The notes beneath the pieces are model-generated. The model was not told the DNA's origin. It did not search any database and worked only from the letters and a program-made list of their open reading frames with translations. Below, in pieces: positions 25,883 to 33,303 of a stretch of 33,303 bases of DNA. The translations under genes and the position numbers were made by a program. The first letter of the stretch is position 1; each line of letters starts with the position of its first letter. The DNA comes from an archaeon (lineage in GTDB: Archaea; Nanobdellota; Nanobdellia; Woesearchaeales; GW2011-AR9): NCBI GenBank assembly GCA_020053615.1, contig JAGVMW010000114.1, positions 1 through 33,303 of the forward strand, given 5' to 3'.

Positions 25883-27018
25883 TTGGAAGTCCTTTTTATT
25901 ACTTTTTCAAAATATTTGGTTTTTATTGATAGATAACTCAATGCATCGCTGTATGTGATAAATCCTTTATCCATGTTATCAGCAACCAAAGAAGGTAGTT
26001 TATGCCCTAATTCTGCAATGCATTTCTGGTCTTGAGTTCGCGGATCAACGATTTTGTGTTTTCCTTCAGCTTTAACGGGTATAGGTCTCTCCAGAATTGA
26101 TTTGTAGATTGATTGAGTAATAAAATTAAGATTAAACATATTATAAACAAGCATCGCTTTACTGACTTTGTATTTTCTTTTTAGTGTATTTAACGTATTT
26201 GTTTCTGTTAATGATTCTTTTTTCTGTGAAAATACTGAATTTGCCAATTCTGCTGGAAGTAAGAAATTTGACGCAAACAGGTTACACCATTTCTCAATCT
26301 TATCCTGTGTTTGAAATTCCGTTAAAGAGATTGCAGTCTCTCCAAGTAAAACATGCCCAAACTCGTGCATCAATGTAAATATTCTAGCTTCAATCTCATC
26401 CTGAGAGTTGGTCACTACAATTTTAGGATCTTTATCTGATAACGCAAAACCTCTTGCATCTTCTATGGGCATCGATATTTGAAATGAATAAATGTTTTTC
26501 TCTTCAAGCATTTCTCTTAAATAAGAATATACTTTGTAGGCATCTTTTAATTCAGTGGTTTGCTTTTCTACTGAAAAAAATAATAGTTCCCTATACTTAG
26601 TTGCTATCTGCTGCGGGTTATCCGTAATTTTATGTAATGTGATTTTAGGTTTCAAATCATTTTCAATATTTATGGCAAGCTCTTGGATGATTCCCTGTAA
26701 ATATCTTGCTTTTCTAATTGCCAAAATTGTCTTTTTGTTAAATTTTCCTTCTTTTCCTGGAAGCATACGGTAATCTTTTGGTTTTGGCTTCTCTTCAGGC
26801 GCTTTGGGCAGGAAGAATACAGCTAAAGGTCTTTTTAATTTATCTGCAAGAGCTTCTAATTGTTTTATGGTAATATTTCCTTTTAACCAATCTTTATATA
26901 TTGCTTCAGAAATATTTAGTTTTGAAATTAGTTCAGACTCATCCCAACCGGAAGTACTGATTGCCCATTTGATGACTTCAGGCTTTATTTGTATTTTTAC
27001 GGGTTTAGTTTTTGGCAT
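25879..27018 (-). CDS. XRE-type HTH fused to an ImmA/IrrE (M78, COG2856) metallopeptidase
   Basis: The zinc site HEFGH occurs in LMHEFGHVLL. The N-terminal HTH region reads ELISKLNISEAIYKDWLKG. Confidence 0.8.
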   Translation of the reverse strand: MPKTKPVKIQIKPEVIKWAISTSGWDESELISKLNISEAIYKDWLKGNITIKQLEALADKLKRPLAVFFLPKAPEEKPKPKDYRMLPGKEGKFNKKTILAIRKARYLQGIIQELAINIENDLKPKITLHKITDNPQQIATKYRELLFFSVEKQTTELKDAYKVYSYLREMLEEKNIYSFQISMPIEDARGFALSDKDPKIVVTNSQDEIEARIFTLMHEFGHVLLGETAISLTEFQTQDKIEKWCNLFASNFLLPAELANSVFSQKKESLTETNTLNTLKRKYKVSKAMLVYNMFNLNFITQSIYKSILERPIPVKAEGKHKIVDPRTQDQKCIAELGHKLPSLVADNMDKGFITYSDALSYLSIKTKYFEKVIKRTSK

Positions 27019-27075
27019 TTTGTACCTTGTAAATGTAATATTCTTTATGGTTATCTGTACTTTGTATATTAAAGT

Positions 27076-27570
27076 TTATATTGTTTTTCTTATCAAAGCG
27101 ATTAAGTAAGTATAAACCATATGTCCTGACTCAGCCACTTTTATCTTTAGTTCTTGTAACTTAGTTCTATCTGCAATTAAATCAATTTTAAATCTATTAT
27201 CTGACTTATTATTTATTCTTCTTAATTTTATTTCGATAATAACATAGGGATTATTAAAGCCATATCCTTTTGAGGGTAGAGGAAAATGCCCGCCCTTCTT
27301 TGTTATGAGTTGGGAGACATCAAAAATAACAATATCTGATCTGCACTTTAACTTTTTAGAGCGACCATACCACCTAACTTCACAATGCACCGGAATTGAT
27401 TGCTGATTATCTTCTGTTTGTTCCAAACCGTTAAAATCAGCAAGAAGTAAATGATAAAGATAGGCTCTAACATCTTCTTCAGTTAAGAATTTATCAGGAG
27501 TAGCTTTAAATTCATCTATTAAAGTATTAATCTTTTGTTCTACTTTTACTTTGATTTGTTGATTTTCCAT
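27076..27570 (-). CDS. Hypothetical protein with a PD-(D/E)xK nuclease-like motif
   Basis: HCEVR...RSDIVIFD...PYVIIEIKLRR fits E...D...ExK spacing. The call rests on the motif alone. Confidence 0.4.
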   Translation of the reverse strand: MENQQIKVKVEQKINTLIDEFKATPDKFLTEEDVRAYLYHLLLADFNGLEQTEDNQQSIPVHCEVRWYGRSKKLKCRSDIVIFDVSQLITKKGGHFPLPSKGYGFNNPYVIIEIKLRRINNKSDNRFKIDLIADRTKLQELKIKVAESGHMVYTYLIALIRKTI

Positions 27571-27572
27571 CT

Positions 27573-28112
27573 TTAACTCAATAGCCCAAAAAACAATGGT
27601 ACGTATTTTAGGGATATACCTGCCACTATTTTCAGTAGTTCAAGAGCATTTTCTCCGCTTTCTTTTAGGGTATTAAATTTTTCTAGTATATTAAATAAGC
27701 CCTTTTTCTTTTCTGAGTCTAATTCAGAGTCTTGCTCTATCATCTGTTTTAAAATGTAATGTTTTGAGTTGTTAATTACAATGGTATTACCGTCTCCTGC
27801 GGATTGAACTACATTCCCAATTGAAGAGTTTATTATCTGTTGAGATATGTTCTGGTCAATATCAACTAACGGTCTTTTGCCACAGGCGATTTCTAAACCT
27901 TTGGCAGTAACTTTATTCCAAATCATGCCTACAAGACCTCTTGCCAGAGTTTCTGTGTATTGAACCGCTCCAATTTCTTTAAGATATTCAAGAACATCAC
28001 ACACTTCTTCTTCATTAATCTTTAATTTTTCAGGAAGTTCTTCTACTTTGATTCTATCATCAGCTAATAATTTCAATACCGGTTCAGCTAAATGTATGGT
28101 TTTGGCATTCAT
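27573..28112 (-). CDS. Hypothetical protein with a possible N-terminal wHTH and a hydrophobic C-terminus
   Basis: EEVCDVLEYLKEIGAVQY is wHTH-like. The C-terminal IVAGISLKYVPLFFGLLS is hydrophobic. The gene is tightly packed in the operon, with 1-2 nt gaps. Confidence 0.45.
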   Translation of the reverse strand: MNAKTIHLAEPVLKLLADDRIKVEELPEKLKINEEEVCDVLEYLKEIGAVQYTETLARGLVGMIWNKVTAKGLEIACGKRPLVDIDQNISQQIINSSIGNVVQSAGDGNTIVINNSKHYILKQMIEQDSELDSEKKKGLFNILEKFNTLKESGENALELLKIVAGISLKYVPLFFGLLS

Positions 28113-28113
28113 T

Positions 28114-28938
28114 TTATTTTTTAAACAGTTCTCTTATATCTTTACTTCCAACTAGCTTTACGTTGTTAAAATGTTGGGGGTATTCTTCTCTAGTTAAAGT
28201 TATTAAATAATTAACCATGTACCATTTCAATCCATTATTCTCACTTTTCGCATTTGCTAAATGAATATAAGCATTTCTTGATTCCCTAATAATGTCTAAA
28301 CAATTATGTTTGTTAATATAACTATACTTTTTTAAGTATCTTTTGCCTTTTGTACCAACTAAAGCCGGAGTTTTATCGATTTTATATTTTTGAATAAAAG
28401 AAAGATAACCTTCCTTAAGAGATTTATTAGACGCATGGAATAGTTTAATACATTCATGAAATTTGAATGTTTCTGAGGAGAAATTTGAACTAATATCTTT
28501 CTTTGCATCATAATAAATCTTATTTAATTTGGATTGGGTTAATTGTGAGATTTTATTTAATTTATCCAATTTCATGGTGTATTTCTGAGAAAATTTGTTT
28601 GACAACATTTTGTTCAAACCAGTAAAAACACCATTTTTTCTGTCAAGCCCAACACACCTATCGGTTTTGTTTATAATGAAATTTCTTTTAAGTAAGATGA
28701 GTTTGACTAAGTGTTCTGCAGTTGAACCAATTAAATTCATTTTCTGAAGATGATAAGCTCTTGATTGGTAAAATTTCTGTTTTTGTCCTTGATTATAGGA
28801 AACAACTTTTTTATTTAACAAAATTTTGACTAATTTAAGATTTTCTTTGATTAAAGCTATATAAGTATCTACTACTATTGGTTGATATAAAAGTATATCA
28901 AATTTATCTTTCGAAATTTCCCATTGTTTTAGTTTCAT
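28114..28938 (-). CDS. Hypothetical helical protein with an RNxxxH motif, possibly HEPN (Abi_2/AbiD-F-like)
   Basis: IIRESRNAYIHLANA contains Rx4H in the RNxxxH form seen in several HEPN RNases. An upstream helix reads GSTAEHLVKLILLK. The call rests on the motif alone. Confidence 0.4.
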   Translation of the reverse strand: MKLKQWEISKDKFDILLYQPIVVDTYIALIKENLKLVKILLNKKVVSYNQGQKQKFYQSRAYHLQKMNLIGSTAEHLVKLILLKRNFIINKTDRCVGLDRKNGVFTGLNKMLSNKFSQKYTMKLDKLNKISQLTQSKLNKIYYDAKKDISSNFSSETFKFHECIKLFHASNKSLKEGYLSFIQKYKIDKTPALVGTKGKRYLKKYSYINKHNCLDIIRESRNAYIHLANAKSENNGLKWYMVNYLITLTREEYPQHFNNVKLVGSKDIRELFKK

Positions 28939-31900
28939 TTTTTCAAACTCGTCGCTTTGTTTAATCTTTGCTGTACTAACTCACAGACAGCCCAATATAC
29001 TTCTTTTCTTTCTTCTTTGGTTAATCCCAATTCATCAAAGATGATATTGTCAAGTTCTGCTCGGTCTGGAAGAGGCTTTGGCTCTTGTTCACGGATGGGT
29101 TTGGTGGGGTCGATGCCGAGTTCTTCAAATATTGATTTTACTTCTCTTGTAAAAAATTTATTAATATTATATTTTGAAAAATTCAATTTTTGGAGCGATA
29201 CCATTGGGATTTTATTAGCATCCATTGTAGCTAAATCCAGAGCACCCTGACCTAAATTTGAACGTCCATAAATTTCAATAAATAAAGCAGTAAATGTAGA
29301 GTTAAGAAGTAATGAAAAGTACTTTGGATTTACTTCTTTTTTTAGTTTTATCATGTGAAAGCGACGGTCACTTAATGCTTTCTTTTCCGAATATGGATGA
29401 ATAAACCGGTCATTATACCCATATAACATAAAGCAATTTGTGAACTCAACATTAGAAATAGACCACCAGCCCGGTTTTCTATTTACTACGGTTGGAACTT
29501 CTGGCCATGGGATTCCTGCTTTGACTTTACCTTTCTCTTTTGTCTCTTGTCTCTCTCCCCATTCTATATACTTTAAAGCATTGTTATGGTCCTTTGATTT
29601 CAGCGAGTTCTTAGATTCATTACAAATAAAAACAAATTTTTTGTTGATATATTTATTTAAACTAATGCACTTAACATCCTGAGGAGATTTAATCAATGGG
29701 ATAAGATAATCAGTCTCAATTTTCCATTTTTTTACTTGTTCTTCGTTCAAATAAAAGAAATCATTTATCCCGCTGTAAAGTCCCGTATCCACTTTACCGT
29801 ATAATTCTTTTAATACTCCAACATCCTTCTTACTGAGTATACTAAAAACTATGTCTGGAGAACGCAAGAACTTACTCCCCCACTTATTTCCTTCATAACT
29901 CCCTTTGCCAAACCTTCCATTTTCATACCCTTCTGGATATTCCCAACCATCTTCCAGCAAATCTTCCTGATTAATGGGATAAACCCTAAACTCATTTGTT
30001 TTCAGTATCTTCTCTGCTTTCTCAATCTTAACCAGATTAGCCGCATTAACCACTTCCTCAAATGGCTTCTTGAACATCACAAAGCGAGCAGTTTGACTAA
30101 ATCCAGAATATGTCGCTTTTCCATTGCCATTATACTCAGCGCCATACTCAAATAATGATTTTTGCTTGCCAATTACCGGCGCACCCAAAAGTGCAATAAT
30201 TGTATTTACATCAGCATGCTCAAAGCTTCGTTTGGCTTGATTGTCATAAATTCCAATAACGTGCGAATATCTTAACAAAAACTCCTGCAACCCCTTCCCA
30301 TAACCCACATCCAGCCAAGAATTAGAGGTAATAAAACAAAACACTCCACCAGAATTAAGCAAACTCAATCCGTGAAAGTAAAAATAGACATACAAATCGC
30401 TTTTCTTATCCCAATCAATAACGACAGGAAACCTATTTTGAACGGATTTAATCAATTTCTCTTTATATCCTCGTCTATCTTCAAGTGTAACCTCTTCTTT
30501 AAGCTTATTTGGCGGAGCAATCTTCTCCTGCCGCACATACGGCGGATTGCCAATCACAATATCAAACCCGCCTTCATCTGCAAATACTTCCGCAAAATCA
30601 ATATCCCAAACAAATGGTTTCTTGGCAGGATCTTTCAATAACTCTTTTACTTTCTTTAATTTCTCAATTTCATCAGCACATTCTTTTATCCGGTTTTCAA
30701 GCTCAATTAAATTCTTCTTCTCTTTTTTGATATTCTCCGCATCAATATTAACTGAAGCGCCAAATAAGCCCGTTTGCTTCTCTTTCTTACTTGAAGAATG
30801 GGTTAAGACTTGAATATCAGTCTCTAATGATTCTATCCGTTCATTCAAAATCTCTTCAAATAATCTAACCTCTTGCACTTTAAACTCTTCTGGAGTCTTA
30901 TATTTTGCTGAGGGAGAATTTTCAAAATATCTTCTTTTCTCATTTTTCAACTCTTCCAGTTTTTTCTTTAAATGCGGCTTCAGATTATTGCTTCGCACAT
31001 TAAAGCTGATTCCACCAATTTCCTGCACTAATGAATCACCAACACGCAGATTCATGTTTAAATTTGGTAATAACGGATGTTTCCTTAATTCTTCATCTTT
31101 AAATTGTGTTTCCACAATCAACTGAAGCCATAATCTTAATTCTGAGGCATGAATTGCCCAGGGCATGACATCTACCCCATATAGAGAACGTTGGATTATC
31201 CTATACTTTAATTGGAAGTCGCTTAAGCTAGAACCAATATGCTTAAACACAATTTTATACAATTCTACCAAGACATTAAGCATCCCTACTAAAAATGCCC
31301 CCGAACCACAGGCAGGATCAACAATAGAAAGATTATCCAACGCTTCCTCTATTTTACCCCAGCATTTACGCTGATTGAACTTCTTCTCAATTTTCTCTTT
31401 ATCTTCATCAAATACAAACTCGTATAATTCCTCTTTAGGTATCTCTAAATTCTTTCCTAGATACTCTACTAAAGACCTTCGACACATAAAATCTACTTCT
31501 ACTTTAGCAGTATAGAATATACCCCAATCCCCACGCAAATCTTCTTCATTTTCATAAACATCCTCTGTAATATTAGCCAGAGACTCATAAACATAACCAA
31601 TCATTTGAGGATCAACGGAGACTTCTACATCTAATACAGAATCTTCTTTGATGGTAAAATTGTAGCTTTCGAAGAAGTCAAATATCTCTTTAAAGAGATT
31701 ATCAGATATGTTTATCTTTAAGTCGTCTAACCCTATTTTTTTAGTAAATAAGCCGCCATTAAGATAGGGACTATTTGACAATATTTTATTTACTTCCTCG
31801 GGAAGTTCAGGATGATAACTGGATTTATTATTAAAAGCCTCAAAGAACAGAGGTTTTAACCATTTATCATAAAATTCATTATTTCCATATTTACTAATTC

Positions 31901-32672
31901 GTTTATATAAATCCCAATATGCCTGCATAAATTTTCTATCTTTATTCAGCCATTCTTTCTTAGCTATAAAATAAATGAACATAATTCTATTCATAAATTG
32001 TAATGTAAATTCATGGGCTATTTTCGGGTCTACCTTCTGTTTTTTGAGTTCTTTTCTCACCACTAAAAATAGTCTTTGATAATCCTCAAAAAATTTCTTA
32101 GTAACTTTCTGAACATCAAACGCCTCTTTCCATAACCGCCAGAGTTCTCGCCATGTTTTCTTTTGGTCTTCCAGAAATATATTGCAAATTATCTCAATAT
32201 CTGTATAATAAAGCTCATCTTTTTTCAATATTAATGTGGTTGTTTTAAGTTTATGTTTTCCTACCTCCTGCTTTTCGTAATCTGGAAACACAATATGTAT
32301 CTCTTTATAATCGATTGTAATAATTAAGAGACATCGCGTGTACATTTCAGCGAATTTGTTTGCGATATATCGCATAAGAGGCTTACTAAGAGAGTTAGTT
32401 TCAATTAAGAAGACATTGAGTTTATCATAACTCATAACTGTGTAAATTGTTTTAATTTTGTCTCGTTCTTCACTGGCAAAAGAAAATTCTTTTATCTTTT
32501 TAACATAAGATGAATCAAAAATTGCTTCTTTTGGATAATTTAGACTCTTAAACAAACCATATATATCCTCTGAATTCTTTATGAAAGAGATATAATCTTT
32601 AACTTTCTTTCGGAGATCTGAATTATTATTCACTTTTCCCGCCCCCTCTTCTCTAACTCTGCTTCCATGCAT
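28935..32672 (-). CDS. Large N6-adenine DNA methyltransferase, Eco57I/type IIG- or PglX-like
   Basis: Motif I is IVDPACGSGAFLVGML and motif IV is VIGNPPYV, with a coiled-coil insert between them and a long C-terminal region. I could not identify a clear N-terminal nuclease motif. The more likely start is the GTG at 32633, in a GTGA overlap with the RHH-2 stop, rather than the ATG at 32672. Confidence 0.8.
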   Translation of the reverse strand: MHGSRVREEGAGKVNNNSDLRKKVKDYISFIKNSEDIYGLFKSLNYPKEAIFDSSYVKKIKEFSFASEERDKIKTIYTVMSYDKLNVFLIETNSLSKPLMRYIANKFAEMYTRCLLIITIDYKEIHIVFPDYEKQEVGKHKLKTTTLILKKDELYYTDIEIICNIFLEDQKKTWRELWRLWKEAFDVQKVTKKFFEDYQRLFLVVRKELKKQKVDPKIAHEFTLQFMNRIMFIYFIAKKEWLNKDRKFMQAYWDLYKRISKYGNNEFYDKWLKPLFFEAFNNKSSYHPELPEEVNKILSNSPYLNGGLFTKKIGLDDLKINISDNLFKEIFDFFESYNFTIKEDSVLDVEVSVDPQMIGYVYESLANITEDVYENEEDLRGDWGIFYTAKVEVDFMCRRSLVEYLGKNLEIPKEELYEFVFDEDKEKIEKKFNQRKCWGKIEEALDNLSIVDPACGSGAFLVGMLNVLVELYKIVFKHIGSSLSDFQLKYRIIQRSLYGVDVMPWAIHASELRLWLQLIVETQFKDEELRKHPLLPNLNMNLRVGDSLVQEIGGISFNVRSNNLKPHLKKKLEELKNEKRRYFENSPSAKYKTPEEFKVQEVRLFEEILNERIESLETDIQVLTHSSSKKEKQTGLFGASVNIDAENIKKEKKNLIELENRIKECADEIEKLKKVKELLKDPAKKPFVWDIDFAEVFADEGGFDIVIGNPPYVRQEKIAPPNKLKEEVTLEDRRGYKEKLIKSVQNRFPVVIDWDKKSDLYVYFYFHGLSLLNSGGVFCFITSNSWLDVGYGKGLQEFLLRYSHVIGIYDNQAKRSFEHADVNTIIALLGAPVIGKQKSLFEYGAEYNGNGKATYSGFSQTARFVMFKKPFEEVVNAANLVKIEKAEKILKTNEFRVYPINQEDLLEDGWEYPEGYENGRFGKGSYEGNKWGSKFLRSPDIVFSILSKKDVGVLKELYGKVDTGLYSGINDFFYLNEEQVKKWKIETDYLIPLIKSPQDVKCISLNKYINKKFVFICNESKNSLKSKDHNNALKYIEWGERQETKEKGKVKAGIPWPEVPTVVNRKPGWWSISNVEFTNCFMLYGYNDRFIHPYSEKKALSDRRFHMIKLKKEVNPKYFSLLLNSTFTALFIEIYGRSNLGQGALDLATMDANKIPMVSLQKLNFSKYNINKFFTREVKSIFEELGIDPTKPIREQEPKPLPDRAELDNIIFDELGLTKEERKEVYWAVCELVQQRLNKATSLKK

Positions 32673-32779
32673 TTCTCAAACTGACGAGAAACTATCCAGC
32701 CTTCTTTTTTGCATAACTCCCTATAGGTATCATACAATTTTGAATTAACTTTCAAAGTGATATTCTTACTCTCTTCCAT
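32630..32779 (-). CDS. Ribbon-helix-helix small protein RHH-2, a paralog of 13511-13663; not in the supplied ORF track
   Basis: My manual translation gives [49 protein letters not shown]. In my alignment 40 of 44 core residues are identical to RHH-1. The gene is preceded by GAGGGAATGA. Confidence 0.7.
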   Translation of the reverse strand: MEESKNITLKVNSKLYDTYRELCKKEGWIVSRQFEKCMEAELEKRGREK

Positions 32780-32849
32780 TATCATTCCCTCTAACTAGAT
32801 TAATAATAAATAACTGCACATACTTATAAAGATTACTATGCTGAAACTC

Positions 32850-32953
32850 TTCTCGCCCCCAACGACTTAAACTGAACTCCCTACTAACAACAAAACTACG
32901 GAATTCCCCCACGACGAACGACTAAAATAATGTCTGCTTCGCAGTAATTGATT
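32850..32953 (+). repeat. Leader-type (S2) repeat upstream of RHH-2 and the methyltransferase
   Basis: TTCTCGCCCCC (32850-32860) and ACGGAATTCCCCC...CGAACGACTAAAATAATGTCTGCTTCGCAGTAATTGAT (32898-32953) are near-identical to 13799-13853. Confidence 0.8.
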
Positions 32954-33060
32954 GATGATTCATTAAAAAACTACGGTAGCCCCTAACTCGCTCAGAAACA
33001 AAGTTTCTGGCGTGCAAGAAAAATCGCTGTTTTTCTTCGCATCTCAGCGCTGAAAAAACT

Positions 33061-33165
33061 CTGCGCACTGCGGTGCTTGCCCCGCTGCGCTCTCACTCCA
33101 TTTTTATGTCCTGCGGGACTAAAAATTCCGTTCGGGTCGAGAAACAGCGCACGCATATGTTATAT
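33061..33165 (+). repeat. Junction element J9 (GC-rich block, CGGGTCGAGAAACAGCG, core CATAT-GTTATAT)
   Basis: GCGCTCTCACTCCATTTTTATGTCCTGCGGGACTAAAAATTCCGTTCGGGTCGAG aligns with 19176-19236. The core lies at 33154-33165. Confidence 0.7.
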
Positions 33166-33276
33166 TCAATCGTGCGTGGCGCCTTTTTCGGTAAAATAAA
33201 CGGACTAATAGCATATCTCTTTAATTTAGGAACTTTTATATAGTAGTTCTCCTTTCTTTCAGTTGAGGTGATTATT

Positions 33277-33303
33277 ATGTGGAAACTAACTAAAGGGAAT
33301 ACA
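33277..33303 (+). CDS. Start of an unidentified gene, truncated by the window end
   Basis: The ATG at 33277 is preceded by GAGGTGA (33264-33270) and a TTTTATATA box (33235-33243). Only 9 codons are visible. Confidence 0.3.

Noticed and set aside
28935-32672. Calling the 1245-aa methyltransferase BREX PglX, or calling the block DISARM.
   Set aside because: No BrxC/PglZ/BrxL genes, and no DrmA/DrmB-like (DUF1998) genes, are present in the window. There is only a partial resemblance, so no named-system call is made.
118-33165. Calling the array a bona fide integron.
   Set aside because: There is no intI or attI in the window. The cassettes are large, carry promoters and lie in both orientations. 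Several junctions are too short for a canonical attC fold, and GTTATAC/GTTATAT deviate from GTTRRRY. This is kept as a hypothesis in the findings, not as an annotation.
1-33303. tRNA or rRNA genes as integration targets next to the junctions.
   Set aside because: I found no cloverleaf-like arrangement and no T-arm GGTTCGAATCC-type motif in the GC-rich spacers. A tRNAscan-SE or Infernal run would be needed to exclude them formally.

Overview
This is a visibly AT-rich window. Several + strand genes start 25-30 nt downstream of TTTATA-type boxes, which is archaeal-style and often leaderless, so the contig is probably from an archaeon, possibly a small-genome DPANN-like lineage (inference). The window is an accessory/defence island made of tightly packed gene blocks. 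In order they are: (1) a NUDIX hydrolase; (2) an AbiEi/AbiEii-like pair coupled to a GrpB fusion; (3) a 9-gene Type I R-M operon (RHH, hsdM, four embedded genes, hsdS, one small gene, hsdR); (4) an IS1182/IS5-like insertion sequence; (5) an MNT/HEPN pair; (6) a 5'-truncated class V aminotransferase fragment plus a SAM methyltransferase; (7) a Bro-N/DinD-like gene; (8) a GIY-YIG + Mrr-like + Zn-ribbon trio; (9) an 11.5-kb minus-strand block. That last block holds an RHH, a 1245-aa type IIG/PglX-like N6-adenine methyltransferase, three small unknowns (one HEPN-like, one PD-(D/E)xK-like), XRE-ImmA/IrrE + DUF4411, a PLD-SNF2 helicase, a Cas4-like nuclease and an 83-aa ORF. The most unusual signal is non-coding. 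The blocks are separated by a GC-rich, hairpin-rich junction repeat family that always lies in the same orientation and ends in CATAY-GTTAWAY. Most blocks also carry their own flanking inverted repeats. Two junctions contain a near-identical 166-nt structured element, and one junction is split by the IS. No rRNA, tRNA or CRISPR array was recognised.
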